This document shows positions 1 through 12,274 of a DNA stretch of 64,000 nt, one piece after another. A model generated the notes under the pieces. That model saw only the letters and a program-made list of their open reading frames with translations, made no database searches and was not told the origin of the DNA. Where the stretch lies: NCBI RefSeq assembly GCF_029227855.1, contig NZ_CP074356.1, one strand, 5' to 3'. The DNA comes from Escherichia coli (GTDB lineage: Bacteria > Pseudomonadota > Gammaproteobacteria > Enterobacterales > Enterobacteriaceae). Position 1 is the stretch's first letter. Every line of letters begins with the position of its first letter. A program made the position numbers and the translations under genes.

Positions 1-407
1 GCCACCAGCGCCACTGCGATCAATGCGGGTATCCACTGCGCCATCTCCGGGAACCAGAACTGGACATAAACGCCAATGGCGGTGATTTCTGAGATCCCCA
101 CGGCCATCCACATAAACCAGTAAGACCAGGCGGTGAGATAACCAAAGAACGGGCTCATATAACGATGCGCATAAACGGCGAACGAACCGGTAACCGGTTC
201 GAGGAACAACATTTCGCCCATTGAACGCATGATGAAAAAGACGAATAGCCCGGCGATGATATAGGCCAACAATACGGATGGCCCGGCCCATTTCAAGGTA
301 CTGGCGGCCCCCATAAACAGGCCGACGCCAATGGTGCCCCCCAGGGCGATGAGTTCGATATGTCGAGCTTCCAGCCCACGCTGTAGCTCTGGTTTGTTAT
401 CTGCCAT
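1..407 (-). CDS. yifK: APC-family amino acid permease, N-terminal part (gene continues beyond window start)
   Basis: Reverse-strand ATG at 405-407; translation begins [31 protein letters not shown], recognised as YifK N-terminus. Confidence 0.85.
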
Positions 408-542
408 AAATCCTCGTGTTGTGTTTGCATGCTTTCCGGTGTTACCGGTTATCGTTATGGGTACATCGAGTGTTGCGAATGTTTTCGTAATTCAGGAGAA
501 ATGGCAAATAAAGCATTAAAAATTTGAATGCTTTGTGTAATA

Positions 543-579
543 AAAAAGCAGACAGGCGACGGAGTGACCACTCCGTCGC
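543..579 (-). terminator. Rho-independent terminator downstream of wecG (end of wec cluster)
   Basis: Inverted repeat gcgacggagtg/cactccgtcgc at 557-579, followed on the minus strand by a T-run (plus-strand a-run 542-547). Confidence 0.6.
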
Positions 580-597
580 TTTACAAAGAGAGGAAAA

Positions 598-1338
598 TCA
601 GAGGTTGCCGGTGTAGTGCCAGCGTAAATAACGCAGCAAACGAAGCTGACGCTTAATGCGGCTCGGCTGCGAAAGCAGGCGGTAGAGCCACTCCAGTCCC
701 AGCGTTTGCCAGATTTTCGGTGCGCGTTTTACGTGACCGGTGAAAACATCGTAAGTCCCGCCAACGCCCATATACAGCGCATCTGGATGCACCAGACGGC
801 AGTCGCGCATGAAGATCTCCTGCTTTGGCGATCCCATCGCAACGGTGACGATTTGCGCTCCGCTGGCATGAATGCGTTCAAACAGCGCCTGACGCTGCTC
901 GGGTTTAAAATAACCATCCTGACTGCCAACGATATTCACATTCCACTGGTTGCGCAGTTTAGCTTCAGTTTTCGCCAGCACTTCAGGTTTACCGCCCACA
1001 AGAAATACCGGCGTCCCTTCTTTGCCTGCGCGCGCCATCAGCTCTTCCCAGAGATCAGCACCGGCAACGCGGGAAACCTGCGCCTGCGGGTACTTTTTAC
1101 GTACTGAACGTACAACGCTGATGCCATCCGCATATTTAAATTCGGCAGCGTTAATTAGCTCCCTGACCTCAGCATTATCTTCAATGGTCAGCATTTTTTC
1201 GGCATTAATGGCAACCAGCGTTCCCTGCTTAAGATGCCCGTCAGCAAACAGATAATCGAGGGCGTGCTGCATATCACGCCAACCAATCAACTGTAAGCCA
1301 CGCAGCGTATAGGTCGGTGCCATGGTGTTGTTATTCAT
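598..1338 (-). CDS. wecG: UDP-N-acetyl-D-mannosaminuronic acid transferase (ECA biosynthesis)
   Basis: 246-aa ORF with ATG start; translation recognised as WecG/RffM; last gene of the wec cluster. Confidence 0.93.
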   Translation of the reverse strand: MNNNTMAPTYTLRGLQLIGWRDMQHALDYLFADGHLKQGTLVAINAEKMLTIEDNAEVRELINAAEFKYADGISVVRSVRKKYPQAQVSRVAGADLWEELMARAGKEGTPVFLVGGKPEVLAKTEAKLRNQWNVNIVGSQDGYFKPEQRQALFERIHASGAQIVTVAMGSPKQEIFMRDCRLVHPDALYMGVGGTYDVFTGHVKRAPKIWQTLGLEWLYRLLSQPSRIKRQLRLLRYLRWHYTGNL

Positions 1339-1340
1339 TG

Positions 1341-2693
1341 TTATCCTTCAACCTGCGTCCGGAGCGATGATTTTGTACGTTTATGAATGAGTCCGGCGCT
1401 TTCAAAAAGCCAGTACAACAGTTTTGCGATCATCAGACATGCGCCGAAGACCACGATAAAAAAGACTACGCGTGAGACAAACGAATCCAGCCCTTCACGT
1501 GCCAGCACGATCATATTGAAGATCGCCCCAAAGCAGAAACTGTGCAATATCGCAGCCTTATAGCGATTAGTCTCGCGGTTGCCCAGCTCATACAGCCAGT
1601 CGAACCATTTGATGATCAGTCCAACCACAATCGCCCCGAGTGGGATGAACAACGCGCCGCCCATCACCACCAGTGAGCCTATAAGCGTAGGCGAGATCGC
1701 CAGTCCGGAGTGGTTATTCAGCACTTCCCAGGTAAAGTAGTTGGCTGAGTTCAGCACCATACTCGGGCGACCCGGCCACAGCCAGGAAGGGATAAAGACA
1801 TAGAAATCGCGGACAATTGGAGCCAGGCCCTGGAAGTCGATGTTGTCGTAGTTCTGCAACAGCAACGCCAGATTCTCCCATGGCGAGAAGGTGTCGCGAG
1901 TGAGATAGAGAAACGTATAGAACGCTTCATCGCCGCTCACATTCATTCCATAGCGTTTTAGCGCCAGCCAGAACATGCCCACAATCCCCAGCACGCCCGC
2001 CGCCGCCAGCATCCACAACGAAATCCAGCCGCGAATAATGCCAATAAACAGGAAGATAGCGAATGCGATGATGATATTGGCGCGAGTGCCGCCGACAATC
2101 ATATAAGTCAGCAAGCCAAAGGCGACCGTGCTGACGAGGAAAAACAGCCACGCTTTGCTATCCTGGCGCAGAAAGTAGACCACCAGCATCGCCGGGATGA
2201 AAAAGTAAAAGAAGCGTTTTAACGCCACGCCGGAGACTTCACTGGAGAAGATCTGACTGTAGGAGTTAAGCCGGAACAGCAAAAAGCCGTTGTGCATGAA
2301 GAAGATGCCGACGCTTACCAGCGCGATGCCCATCAGGATCACCCACGTAAGATTGGTCTCCACGCGATTCATGGTAAACAGCGGACGGCGCGGTACATCA
2401 GCAACGCGTTTGCGTAGGCGGGTTTTGTAGGTGACATAGTAAACCGCGTAGAAGCAGCCCGCAGAAAGCAACGCCTGCAACAAGATTTCTGGCGGCGCGA
2501 CACCAACATCAAAGCGAAATACCAGCACGCTGGTCAGCGGGAAGCCGAAGAAAAAGGTGAGCAAAAACAGCAATGAAAAGAAGACATTGAAGTTAAAGCG
2601 CACACGGCGAAACTCAAACCAGGTCAGCGTGGCAATAAACAGCGTGCAGAGCAGCCAGACCACAAACAGGCCACTGAATTGCAGCAGACTCAT
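1341..2693 (-). CDS. wzyE: ECA polymerase, polytopic membrane protein
   Basis: 450-aa hydrophobic ORF recognised as WzyE; 2 nt after the wecF stop region, 4-nt overlap with wecF. Confidence 0.92.
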
Positions 2694-3769
2694 GCGCCCT
2701 CCCCGGCGGCAATCGCCAACGCCCGCTGCCAGCCTTGTAGATAGTTAGGGCTAAAGAAGGCAATGGTGTTTTTATCCACCGACGCCAACTGGCGCTGCGC
2801 TTCACGCACAATATCCTCGTTGAGATCGTCGGTAGTAAACAGCACCGGCAAATGCTGTTCCGTCATATCCTGCCAGAACGGATTTTCCCGGTTAAGCACA
2901 CAAGGAATGCCCGCCTGAATCAGTAAGCAAAGCGTACCAATGCCCTGCTGGCGGGCAAAAATAAAGTAACCAAGATCGCACTGACGAAGTAGCGCCAGAT
3001 AGGCGTCAAATTCCAGTTTTTCGCTCAAAATTTGCAGATTTTCTTCGCTGAATAACTCCAGCCCCGCCTGACGAACTTCCTCAATGTACGCTTCGTTATT
3101 AGGCGGATATCCCATCGGCACCACCACTTTTACCGTATCGCCAAATTGCTGATGAACGGCGCACAAGGCAGCAATATGGTCATTGCTGCGGTCACCGGAG
3201 TTCCCCACCAGAATGGTCATTTTCCCTTCACGTTGCCGATCGTTCGCCATCGTATTGAGAGAAGGGTCCATCCGCGTCGGGAAGTACAGCAGTTCGCCCC
3301 GCACCTTTGGATGCGTTTTGGCAAAAAAGCTCAAATCGCCGCGGGTGGCAAATACACAGCCGACTCGCTTTTGCGCCAGGCGACGTAGTGGGTAAAAAAG
3401 CTTATATCTCAAGCCACTGGAAAGCTCATACAGGTCTGCCCCCCAGATATGCCAGAAAAACTGGCTGGGCTTAATGCCACCACTCAGCAGAGCCAGCCAC
3501 AGTGTGGGATTGAACTGACCGTGGAAGAAAAAACGCTGCTGACGGTTAGCTTTTGCTTTCGCGATGACCGCTTCCGCCAGCGATTTTTTCCCAGGGAAAA
3601 ATTGCACAGAAAGCGCCGGACAGCTATCACTTAAGCCGTCGTCCTTGCCAACAACCATAAACTCGCGCGCGTGCTCGCTCGTCGCAGCCAGCGCGTCATT
3701 GAAAAACCGCAAAACGGTTCGGTTATGGTGAGGGATATCCGATCCCAGTACGTGAATCAGTACAGTCAT
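2690..3769 (-). CDS. wecF: TDP-Fuc4NAc:lipid II 4-alpha-fucosyltransferase
   Basis: 359-aa ORF recognised as WecF/RffT; overlaps both neighbours by 4 nt. Confidence 0.92.
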
Positions 3770-5016
3770 GCCCGCCTACGCCAGAGTAAAAACACGCCAC
3801 AACAAAGAGAAAAATAGACGATATAAGTTGCCATATATGCCTGCGCCGCGCCCAGTGCACCATGCGCAGGGATTAGCCAGTGGGCAAATACCATCAATAA
3901 AGTGAACTGGCTGATTTCCGCCAGAATATAAAACCGCAATGACGCTTTGGCGATCACCAGATAACCAAAGACATAAGCGCCCACTTTTAACACATCACCC
4001 ACTAACTGCCAGGCAAAGAGATCGCGCATAGCGGTAAATTTATTCGACAACAGCAGCCAGATAGCAAAATCACGCAGCAGCCAGACGGTAAAACTCGCCG
4101 CCGCCACTGCCGGTAAGACGAATTTCAGCGATTTAACCACTTCCCGGGTGATATCGCGCTTTTCCGTTAGCCGCGACAACGTGGGCAGCAAATATACGCT
4201 GAACGATGCCGTAATAAATTGCAGGTAGGCATCGGAAATACTGCTCACCCCTTGCCAGATCCCCACTTCATCCCAGCTATACTGCGCCGCGAGCAGTTTA
4301 CGCATCATGATGTAAGCAACAGGCAAGGTCACCGACGTAATCAACGCCATGAGCGTAAATTTGCTCAACTGCCCTGCCAGACCGTTATCCCAGCTGGGTT
4401 TCAAATAGCTTAACGGGATGACACCACGTTTGATCAACATGATGGCGGCAGGAATTACCACCAGCGCGGGAATCAGCGCCAGACCCAGCAACGCCCCTTC
4501 ATAACCGCCCAAACGGTAACTGACGTAGTACGCGAGAACGCCAATCAAGCTGCCGACAATCAGCGATAACGCATTACCTGCGGCATCGCGAAAGCCTTTC
4601 ATCAGCGCCAGTAACAGGTTGCCCCAGGCGATCCCCATTTGCACCAGCGCCACTAAACGCACCAGCCCCTGATAGTCGGTATTACCAAACAATCCCTGGC
4701 TGATTGGCGCAGCTGCCAGCACAAAAACCAGCGCCATCAGCGTAGAGAAACCAAGTACCATCGCTGATGAAGTGCCGACCACGCGGCGCAGCTGTTGCGG
4801 ATTATCATGGTACTGGGCAACGTATTTGGTTACACCGTTAAAGATGCCAGCTCCGGCAAGCACGCCGAGCACGGTAATCAACTGGCGGAAATTTGCCGCC
4901 AGCCCAAGCCCCGCCGGACCAAATGACACAGCCAGCAACTTACCGACCAGTAACCCGGCACCAATCTTGACCAGTGTACTGGCCGCCGTCCACAAGGACG
5001 CTTTTGCCAACGACAT
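3766..5016 (-). CDS. wzxE: Lipid III flippase (ECA)
   Basis: 416-aa polytopic membrane ORF recognised as WzxE. Confidence 0.92.
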   Translation of the reverse strand: MSLAKASLWTAASTLVKIGAGLLVGKLLAVSFGPAGLGLAANFRQLITVLGVLAGAGIFNGVTKYVAQYHDNPQQLRRVVGTSSAMVLGFSTLMALVFVLAAAPISQGLFGNTDYQGLVRLVALVQMGIAWGNLLLALMKGFRDAAGNALSLIVGSLIGVLAYYVSYRLGGYEGALLGLALIPALVVIPAAIMLIKRGVIPLSYLKPSWDNGLAGQLSKFTLMALITSVTLPVAYIMMRKLLAAQYSWDEVGIWQGVSSISDAYLQFITASFSVYLLPTLSRLTEKRDITREVVKSLKFVLPAVAAASFTVWLLRDFAIWLLLSNKFTAMRDLFAWQLVGDVLKVGAYVFGYLVIAKASLRFYILAEISQFTLLMVFAHWLIPAHGALGAAQAYMATYIVYFSLCCGVFLLWRRRA

Positions 5017-5017
5017 A

Positions 5018-6148
5018 TCAGGAGAAGTAGTTCAACAAAGTCGCAATTACCGTACGCTGATTGACGGGCGACAGGTTGTAGAACAGCGGCAGGCGCAGCA
5101 GGCGCTCGCTCTCTTTGGTGGTGTAGCGATCTTCACCGTGGAACTCACCAAAGCGTTCCCCCGCAGGGCAACCGTGCAGCGGAATGTAATGGAACACCGC
5201 CATGATTTCCGCTTCTTTCAGAAAGTTAATCAACGCGCTCCGGTCATCAATATCCCGCAGTTTAATGTAGAACATATGCGCGTTCTGCACGCAGCCATCG
5301 GGAATCGACGGCAGCTCGATACGCCCGGCTTTCGCCAGAGGCGCTAACGCATCGTAGTAGTTTTGCCACAGCGCCAGACGTTGCTGGTTGATACGATCCG
5401 CTGCTTCCAGTTGCGCCCACAGGTACGCAGCTTGCAGATCGGACATCAAATAGCTGGAGCCAATATCGCGCCAGGTATATTTATCGACCTGACCACGGAA
5501 GAACTGGCTGCGGTTAGTGCCCTTTTCACGGATGATCTCGGCTCGTTCGATTAACGCTTTATCGTTAATCAGCGTCGCGCCGCCTTCACCACCCGCCGTA
5601 TAGTTTTTGGTTTCATGGAAGCTAAAGCAGCCAATATGACCAATGGTTCCCAGTGCACGCCCTTTGTAAGTGGATATCACGCCCTGAGCGGCATCTTCTA
5701 CCACAAACAGATTATGCTTTTTCGCCAACGCCATAATGGTGTCCATTTCGCAGGCCACACCCGCGTAATGGACCGGCACGATAACGCGCGTTTTGTCGGT
5801 GATCGCCGCTTCAATCAGCGTTTCGTCGATGTTCATGGTGTCCGGGCGAACATCCACAAAAACGATTTTTGCGCCACGCAGCACAAAGGCATTGGCGGTG
5901 GAGACAAAGGTGTAGCTCGGCATGATCACTTCATCGCCAGGCTGGATATCGAGCAGCAGCGCCGCCATCTCCAGCGAAGCGGTGCAGGACGGCGTCAGTA
6001 ACACTTTGGCGCTGCCAAAACGTTGCTCCAGCCACTGCTGGCAGCGACGGGTAAAACCGCCATCGCCACACAGTTTGCCGCTACCCATTGCCGACTGCAT
6101 ATAGTCGAGTTCGGTTCCCACCACCGGCGGTGCGTTAAATGGAATCAT
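5018..6148 (-). CDS. wecE: dTDP-4-amino-4,6-dideoxygalactose transaminase
   Basis: 376-aa ORF recognised as WecE/RffA (DegT-family aminotransferase). Confidence 0.93.
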   Translation of the reverse strand: MIPFNAPPVVGTELDYMQSAMGSGKLCGDGGFTRRCQQWLEQRFGSAKVLLTPSCTASLEMAALLLDIQPGDEVIMPSYTFVSTANAFVLRGAKIVFVDVRPDTMNIDETLIEAAITDKTRVIVPVHYAGVACEMDTIMALAKKHNLFVVEDAAQGVISTYKGRALGTIGHIGCFSFHETKNYTAGGEGGATLINDKALIERAEIIREKGTNRSQFFRGQVDKYTWRDIGSSYLMSDLQAAYLWAQLEAADRINQQRLALWQNYYDALAPLAKAGRIELPSIPDGCVQNAHMFYIKLRDIDDRSALINFLKEAEIMAVFHYIPLHGCPAGERFGEFHGEDRYTTKESERLLRLPLFYNLSPVNQRTVIATLLNYFS

Positions 6149-6152
6149 GTGA

Positions 6153-6827
6153 TCACCTGTATAACCAGTACGCGGTGCTTTCTACATTTGCACCACTTTG
6201 TATGTATCGTTTAAGCGCGGCGGTGTTGCCCATTTGGGTCGCCACCCGCAAAGTTGTTTTACCGCGAGCATACGCCCAGTTTAGCGCCGTTTGCATCAGC
6301 TCAGCACCTGCACCGCGTCCAGCCAGCAGGCCAATTCGCGCATCTGTCGCATTGAGTTCCCGTAAAGAGACATAGCCGCGAATATCGCCGGACGCCGCAC
6401 GTAAAATCAGACATTGATGATCAAAGGTGCCGCGCACGGCATTTTCAATCCACTGTGCATAAAAGCGTCTGCTGGCGTCAGGCGCATACCACGGCGCACG
6501 AAAACGGCTTTGCGCAAATGCGGCGCTGGCTAACTGACGTAATGCGGGAATATCGGTCTCTTGTGCCACTACAGCACCACTATCACTGACATTGTTCACG
6601 GGTAGTGCCAAATCAACTTCACCTTCTACCAGGGAGAATCCCAGCTGTTGCAGGGCATCCAGTTCACCCGTATTTGATGCCGCAATTTTGGCCTGCACCC
6701 GTGACCACGGCGCTAACACGTCTGGCGTCAGGAGCGGTGCTTCAGACGTAATGCACACGATGGCGCTGTTAACACCAAAGAAGGCGTTTTCCCAGGTTAG
6801 TGGCTCAATACTGGCGCGGACGGGCAC
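6153..6827 (-). CDS. wecD: dTDP-fucosamine acetyltransferase
   Basis: 224-codon ORF recognised as WecD/RffC; first codon in the ORF track is GTG (cac on plus strand at 6825-6827), overlapping rffH by 23 nt; exact start uncertain. Confidence 0.8.
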   Translation of the reverse strand: MPVRASIEPLTWENAFFGVNSAIVCITSEAPLLTPDVLAPWSRVQAKIAASNTGELDALQQLGFSLVEGEVDLALPVNNVSDSGAVVAQETDIPALRQLASAAFAQSRFRAPWYAPDASRRFYAQWIENAVRGTFDHQCLILRAASGDIRGYVSLRELNATDARIGLLAGRGAGAELMQTALNWAYARGKTTLRVATQMGNTAALKRYIQSGANVESTAYWLYR

Positions 6828-7686
6828 GAAGTAACTCCAGCAGATATTGGCCGTAGCCAGTTTTCGCTAATGAACTGGCAGCACGCTTCACACCCTCGTC
6901 ATCGAGCCAGCCGTTACGCCAGGCGATCTCTTCCAGGCAGGCAATCTTAAAGCCCTGGCGTTTTTCTACTGTCTGCACAAAGGTACTGGCTTCAATCAGG
7001 CTGTCGTGAGTGCCAGTGTCCAGCCAGGCAAATCCGCGCCCGAGCAGTTCAACGGTCAGGTTGCCCGCCTCGAGGTACATCTGGTTGATGGAGGTAATCT
7101 CCAGTTCACCACGCTCCGACGGCTTCACCTGCTTTGCGTACTCCACGACTTTACTGTCGTAGAAATAAAGCCCGGTCACCGCCCAGTTTGACTTCGGCTG
7201 TTTTGGCTTTTCTTCCAGCGAGATAGCGCGGAAATTGTCGTCAAACTCCACCACGCCAAAGCGTTCCGGGTCCATCACCTGATAGCCAAATACCGTCGCC
7301 CCTTCCGTGCGCGCCGCAACATGACGCAGCTTCGGACTGAAGCCCTGACCGAAGAAGATGTTATCGCCCAGCACCAGACAAGAAGGTTCACCGTTGAGGA
7401 AGGTTTCACCGATGATAAAGGCCTGCGCCAGACCGTCCGGGCTGGGCTGTTCGGCGTATTCCAGCTGGATACCGAACTCACTACCATCGCCCAGCAGGCG
7501 CTGGAAATAACCTTTATCTTCCGGCGTAGTGATGATGAGAATTTCGCGGATACCGGCCAACATCAGCACCGACAGCGGATAGTAAATCATTGGCTTATCG
7601 TAAATCGGCAACAGTTGCTTCGATACGCCGCGCGTAATCGGATGCAATCGGGTGCCGGAACCGCCCGCCAGGATAATACCTTTCAT
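6805..7686 (-). CDS. rffH: Glucose-1-phosphate thymidylyltransferase 2
   Basis: 293-aa ORF beginning [18 protein letters not shown], recognised as RffH. Confidence 0.94.
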   Translation of the reverse strand: MKGIILAGGSGTRLHPITRGVSKQLLPIYDKPMIYYPLSVLMLAGIREILIITTPEDKGYFQRLLGDGSEFGIQLEYAEQPSPDGLAQAFIIGETFLNGEPSCLVLGDNIFFGQGFSPKLRHVAARTEGATVFGYQVMDPERFGVVEFDDNFRAISLEEKPKQPKSNWAVTGLYFYDSKVVEYAKQVKPSERGELEITSINQMYLEAGNLTVELLGRGFAWLDTGTHDSLIEASTFVQTVEKRQGFKIACLEEIAWRNGWLDDEGVKRAASSLAKTGYGQYLLELLRARPRQY

Positions 7687-7704
7687 GTTTGCCTCCGCTG
7701 AAAA

Positions 7705-8772
7705 TTAGCCTTTCAGACCTAAACGCTCGCCCTGATAGCTGCCGTCCTGCACCTGCTTCCACCAGCTTTCATTAGCCAGATACCACTGCACCGTTTTACG
7801 CATTCCACTTTCAAAGGTTTCCTGTGGCAGCCAACCAAGTTCACGGGCAATTTTCGAAGCATCAATGGCATAACGCAGATCATGCCCCGGACGGTCAGCG
7901 ACAAAGGTGATCAAGTCACGATAGTGCGCCACGCCGTGCGGCTTGTTCGGAGCCAGTTCTTCCAGCAGCTCGCAAATGGTTTCCACAACATCGAGATTCT
8001 TACGCTCGTTGTGACCACCAATATTATAGGTTTCACCGACTTTCCCGGTGGTCGCCACGCAATACAGCGCGCGGGCGTGATCTTCCACATACAGCCAGTC
8101 ACGGATTTGCTGCCCGTTGCCATATACCGGCAGCGGTTTACCCGCCAGCGCGTTGAGGATCATCAGCGGGATCAGTTTTTCCGGAAAGTGGTAAGGACCG
8201 TAGTTATTCGAGCAGTTGGTGATCAGCGTCGGCAGACCGTAGGTCCGCAGCCAGGCGCGCACCAGATGGTCGCTACTGGCTTTTGACGCGGAATAAGGGC
8301 TGCTCGGCGCATACGGCGTGGTTTCGGTGAAGAAATCATCCGTCGAGTGCAGGTCACCATATACTTCGTCGGTGGAGATATGATGAAAACGGAACGCTGA
8401 TTTTTTATCTTCCGTCAGCGTATTCCAGTAAGCCCGCGCCGCTTCAAGCAATGTATAAGTCCCGACAATGTTGGTTTCAATAAACGCTGCCGGGCCGTCA
8501 ATAGAACGGTCAACATGGCTTTCGGCTGCCAGATGCATGACACAGTCTGGCTGATGCTCAGTGAATACGCGTGCCAGTTCTGCCCGATCGCAGATATCAA
8601 CTTTCTCAAAGGCAAAGTGCTCGCTTTGCGCGACCGGTGCCAGCGACATCAGGTTTCCGGCGTAGGTCAGCTTATCGACCACTACCACCGCATCGCTCGT
8701 TTCGTTGATGATATAACGCACCAGCGCCGAGCCAATAAACCCGGCACCACCTGTTATCAGAATTTTTCTCAT
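7705..8772 (-). CDS. rffG: dTDP-glucose 4,6-dehydratase 2
   Basis: 355-aa ORF beginning [20 protein letters not shown], recognised as RffG. Confidence 0.94.
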   Translation of the reverse strand: MRKILITGGAGFIGSALVRYIINETSDAVVVVDKLTYAGNLMSLAPVAQSEHFAFEKVDICDRAELARVFTEHQPDCVMHLAAESHVDRSIDGPAAFIETNIVGTYTLLEAARAYWNTLTEDKKSAFRFHHISTDEVYGDLHSTDDFFTETTPYAPSSPYSASKASSDHLVRAWLRTYGLPTLITNCSNNYGPYHFPEKLIPLMILNALAGKPLPVYGNGQQIRDWLYVEDHARALYCVATTGKVGETYNIGGHNERKNLDVVETICELLEELAPNKPHGVAHYRDLITFVADRPGHDLRYAIDASKIARELGWLPQETFESGMRKTVQWYLANESWWKQVQDGSYQGERLGLKG

Positions 8773-10034
8773 CAGCGCCAGACTCCTTTGGCATCGACGA
8801 CATACTGCTGATGGACATTGTCGCCATTGATAACTTTGAACTGACTATGATCGACCAGCATCACCAGCACGTCTGCCGTTGCCAGCGCCTCGTCAAGCTG
8901 CGCCAGAGTACAAAGCCCGGTCAGTTTTTTCGGCAACTGGTGGATGTTAGGCTCAACAACCAGCGTTTCGCCGCTGTGCCACTGGGCGATCAGTTCAGCG
9001 ATTTCCATCGCCGGGCTTTCGCGCAGGTCATCAATATTCGGTTTAAACGCCAGACCAAAGCAGGCGATTTTCAGTTCACTGGCGCGTTTATCGGTAGCAG
9101 CAAGGCAGTCGGCAACCGCCGCTTTCACCTGATCGATAACCCAGAACGGTTTGTGATCGTTAACTTCGCGCGCGGTACGGATAAGCCGCGCCTGCTGGGG
9201 GTTCTGTGCCACGATAAACCACGGATCAACAGCAATGCAGTGACCGCCCACGCCAGGGCCAGGCTGAAGAATATTAACGCGAGGGTGACGATTCGCCAGG
9301 CGAATCAGTTCCCAGACGTTAATCCCCTGATCGGCACAAATCAGCGACAATTCATTAGCAAAAGCGATATTCACATCGCGGAAGCTGTTTTCGGTGAGCT
9401 TACACATTTCCGCCGTCCGCGAGTTAGTGACGACACACTCACCTTCGAGGAAAATTTTGTACAGTTCGCTGGCGCGGGTCGAACAAACCGGCGTCATACC
9501 ACCAATCACGCGATCGTTTTTAATCAGCTCGACCATAACCTGGCCCGGTAACACGCGTTCCGGGCAGTAAGCAATGTTGACGTCCGCCTGCTCGCCCACC
9601 TGCTGTGGGAAAGTGAGATCCGGACGCATCTCTGCTAACCATTCTGCCATCTTCTCGGTTGACCCCACCGGCGAGGTGGATTCAAGGATCACCAGCGCGC
9701 CTTTTTTCAGCACTGGCGCAATGGAGCGAGCAGCCGATTCAACGTAGGTCATATCTGGCTCATGATCGCCTTTAAACGGCGTGGGTACAGCAATCAGCCA
9801 GGCATCCGCTTCAACTGGCGTCGTGCTCGCTCGTAAAAAACCGCCTTCTACGGCAGTTTTTACTACGCTCGCCAAATCAGGCTCGACGATATGGATTTCG
9901 CCACGATTGATGGTATCAACCGCGTGTTGGTTGATATCGACACCAATCACCTGTTTTTGCCGTGAGGCAAACGCTGCTGCTGTAGGCAGCCCGATGTAAC
10001 CCAGTCCGATAACAGAAATGGTCGCAAAACTCAT
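8772..10034 (-). CDS. wecC: UDP-N-acetyl-D-mannosamine dehydrogenase
   Basis: 420-aa ORF recognised as WecC/RffD; 1-nt overlap with rffG, 4-nt overlap with wecB. Confidence 0.94.
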   Translation of the reverse strand: MSFATISVIGLGYIGLPTAAAFASRQKQVIGVDINQHAVDTINRGEIHIVEPDLASVVKTAVEGGFLRASTTPVEADAWLIAVPTPFKGDHEPDMTYVESAARSIAPVLKKGALVILESTSPVGSTEKMAEWLAEMRPDLTFPQQVGEQADVNIAYCPERVLPGQVMVELIKNDRVIGGMTPVCSTRASELYKIFLEGECVVTNSRTAEMCKLTENSFRDVNIAFANELSLICADQGINVWELIRLANRHPRVNILQPGPGVGGHCIAVDPWFIVAQNPQQARLIRTAREVNDHKPFWVIDQVKAAVADCLAATDKRASELKIACFGLAFKPNIDDLRESPAMEIAELIAQWHSGETLVVEPNIHQLPKKLTGLCTLAQLDEALATADVLVMLVDHSQFKVINGDNVHQQYVVDAKGVWR

Positions 10035-11161
10035 AGTGATATCCGATTATTTTTTAACGCTTCCAGAATGCGAGAGCATGCCTGACCATCACCATACGGG
10101 TTATGGGCGCGGCTCATAGTTTGATATTCGTTTTCGTCTTTTAAAAGACGCGTCACTTCCTCGACAATTCGCTGCTTATCCGTGCCTACCAGACGCACCG
10201 TACCCGCCGTCACCGCTTCCGGACGCTCAGTGGTATCGCGCATCACCAGCACCGGTTTCCCCAGCGAAGGCGCTTCTTCCTGAATGCCGCCTGAGTCGGT
10301 CAAAATCAGCCAGGCGTGGTTCATCAGCCAGACAAACGGTAAATACTCCTGGGGATCGATCAGAATGACATTTTTCACATGCCCCAGAATGCGATTGACC
10401 GGCTCTCTGACGTTCGGGTTGAGATGCACCGGATAGACAATCTGGATGTCCTGGTGCGTGGTGGCGATGTCTGCCAGCGCGTGGCAGATTTCTTCAAAGC
10501 CACGACCGAAACTTTCACGCCTGTGACCGGTCACCAGAATCATCTTTTTATCGGGGTCGATAAACGGGTAATTTGCCGCCAGTTCTGAACGCAGCGTGTC
10601 GCTGCTCATCACCTGATCACGCACCCATAACAGTGCATCAATGACTGTATTACCAGTAATGAAGATTCGGCTATCCGCAACGTTTTCACGCAGCAAGTTT
10701 TGCCGGGAAGTTTCGGTTGGAGAGAAGTGATACATCGCCAGATGCCCGGTCAATGTACGGTTAGCCTCTTCCGGCCACGGCGAATAGAGATCGCCCGTGC
10801 GTAAACCAGCCTCAACGTGACCAACAGGAATACGCTGATAAAACGCCGCCAGGCTGGTTGCCAGCGTCGTTGTTGTGTCGCCGTGAACCAGCACGACGTC
10901 TGGTTTGAACTCGGCAAGAATAGGTTTTAGCCCTTCCAGAATCCGACAGGTTATCTCTGTCAGGCCCTGTCCTGGCTGCATTATGTTGAGATCGTAGTCA
11001 GGTACAATGGAAAAGAGTTTCAGCACCTGATCGAGCATCTCCCGATGCTGCGCAGTGACGCAAACTTTAGCCTCAAAAAAAGGATCTTTTGCCAACGCAT
11101 GCACCAACGGAGCCATCTTGATGGCTTCCGGGCGCGTACCAAATACAGTCAGTACTTTCAC
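10031..11161 (-). CDS. wecB: UDP-N-acetylglucosamine 2-epimerase
   Basis: 376-aa ORF beginning (M)[19 protein letters not shown], recognised as WecB/RffE; start codon is GTG. Confidence 0.94.
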   Translation of the reverse strand: MKVLTVFGTRPEAIKMAPLVHALAKDPFFEAKVCVTAQHREMLDQVLKLFSIVPDYDLNIMQPGQGLTEITCRILEGLKPILAEFKPDVVLVHGDTTTTLATSLAAFYQRIPVGHVEAGLRTGDLYSPWPEEANRTLTGHLAMYHFSPTETSRQNLLRENVADSRIFITGNTVIDALLWVRDQVMSSDTLRSELAANYPFIDPDKKMILVTGHRRESFGRGFEEICHALADIATTHQDIQIVYPVHLNPNVREPVNRILGHVKNVILIDPQEYLPFVWLMNHAWLILTDSGGIQEEAPSLGKPVLVMRDTTERPEAVTAGTVRLVGTDKQRIVEEVTRLLKDENEYQTMSRAHNPYGDGQACSRILEALKNNRISL

Positions 11162-11216
11162 ATCGATTCTCTTCGAATAAGCGGCGAGCGCCTTTGCGCT
11201 CGCCGCAGCAGTGTTG

Positions 11217-12263
11217 CTATTTCGAGCAACGGCGGGTTAATGCGACACCAGCCCCGATCAGCCCCCCGACAATGCCCCACATAATCATCAGGAAGGCACG
11301 ACGTGGGCTATCGCGTTTTACCGGTTCTTCCGGCGTACGCAAATAGCGATAGGTCTGAAAACGCGGATCCAGAGTTGGACCAACATTCAGGGTGTTTAAC
11401 ATGGCCCGATTCTGATCATAGTCGAGATCAAAGGCCGGACCGACGGCCTGTAAATTTTCCAGTCGAGCCTGGAGCATTGGACGCCCAAGCAGGAACATTT
11501 CTGAATCAGGTAATTCCTCGGCAGGCACATCTGTCGCACTGCGCGAAATATTATGCTGCTCAGCAATTTTCAGCGCCTGCTCAATGCTGTTCATCCGGCG
11601 GTCGTAGATGGCTTTCGCCACCTCTTCCTGACGCTTCACCTGAGCTTTCATCTGGATGGTGCGTGCCGCCCATGCGCCTTTCAGCTCATCATTCAGATGG
11701 CTGGCTGCACGCTGGCTGGCAAAAGCAACATACTGACGTAACAGGTTATTAGCGTCAGGCGCGGTTTCGGCAATAAGCTTCACGCTGTCATTGACCGCGC
11801 GAGTAAAGTCTCCGGGGATAAACTGGATGTTGTTAATCATTTCATCCAGCAACGCCGCATCGGCTTTGCTGTTGCCCACCATCCGCTGCTTGTAATAGTC
11901 GGTTTGCAGCCAGAACTCTCTGCGGGTATCCCACGAGGCCAGTTGCATAACAAACTCTTTATAGGCTTCGTCCATGACCGATGGTTGGTCGGCAGAAGCC
12001 ATGTTTGAACGGGCATCCAGGTTACGCAAAAATTGCTGCTGCGAGTAATATCCCCCCAGCATATTCACCGTTGGACGATCGGTAATCGCCGTCGCGCTCC
12101 ACTCTTGTCGAGCAAAAAAAGTATACGCCAGCGCGATTAACGCAAACGCCAGCCCCATGCCAATAATCCATAGCTTCCCAGCCCACAAGGTACGAAACAA
12201 CCCACGAATATCCAGTTCATTTTCAGCGTCTTCGGCCGGTTTCCCAGGCATTGGTTGTGTCAT
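11217..12263 (-). CDS. wzzE: ECA polysaccharide chain-length regulator
   Basis: ORF recognised as WzzE; ATG at 12261-12263 gives [16 protein letters not shown] (348 aa); the ORF-track start one codon upstream is GTG. Confidence 0.9.
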   Translation of the reverse strand: MTQPMPGKPAEDAENELDIRGLFRTLWAGKLWIIGMGLAFALIALAYTFFARQEWSATAITDRPTVNMLGGYYSQQQFLRNLDARSNMASADQPSVMDEAYKEFVMQLASWDTRREFWLQTDYYKQRMVGNSKADAALLDEMINNIQFIPGDFTRAVNDSVKLIAETAPDANNLLRQYVAFASQRAASHLNDELKGAWAARTIQMKAQVKRQEEVAKAIYDRRMNSIEQALKIAEQHNISRSATDVPAEELPDSEMFLLGRPMLQARLENLQAVGPAFDLDYDQNRAMLNTLNVGPTLDPRFQTYRYLRTPEEPVKRDSPRRAFLMIMWGIVGGLIGAGVALTRRCSK

Positions 12264-12274
12264 CACATCCTCAT

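Noticed and set aside
8811-9551. 246-aa plus-strand ORF antisense to wecC
   Set aside because: Entirely embedded antisense within a confidently identified gene; translation is low-complexity and Arg-rich, typical of spurious antisense ORFs in GC-rich coding DNA; no SD or promoter context.
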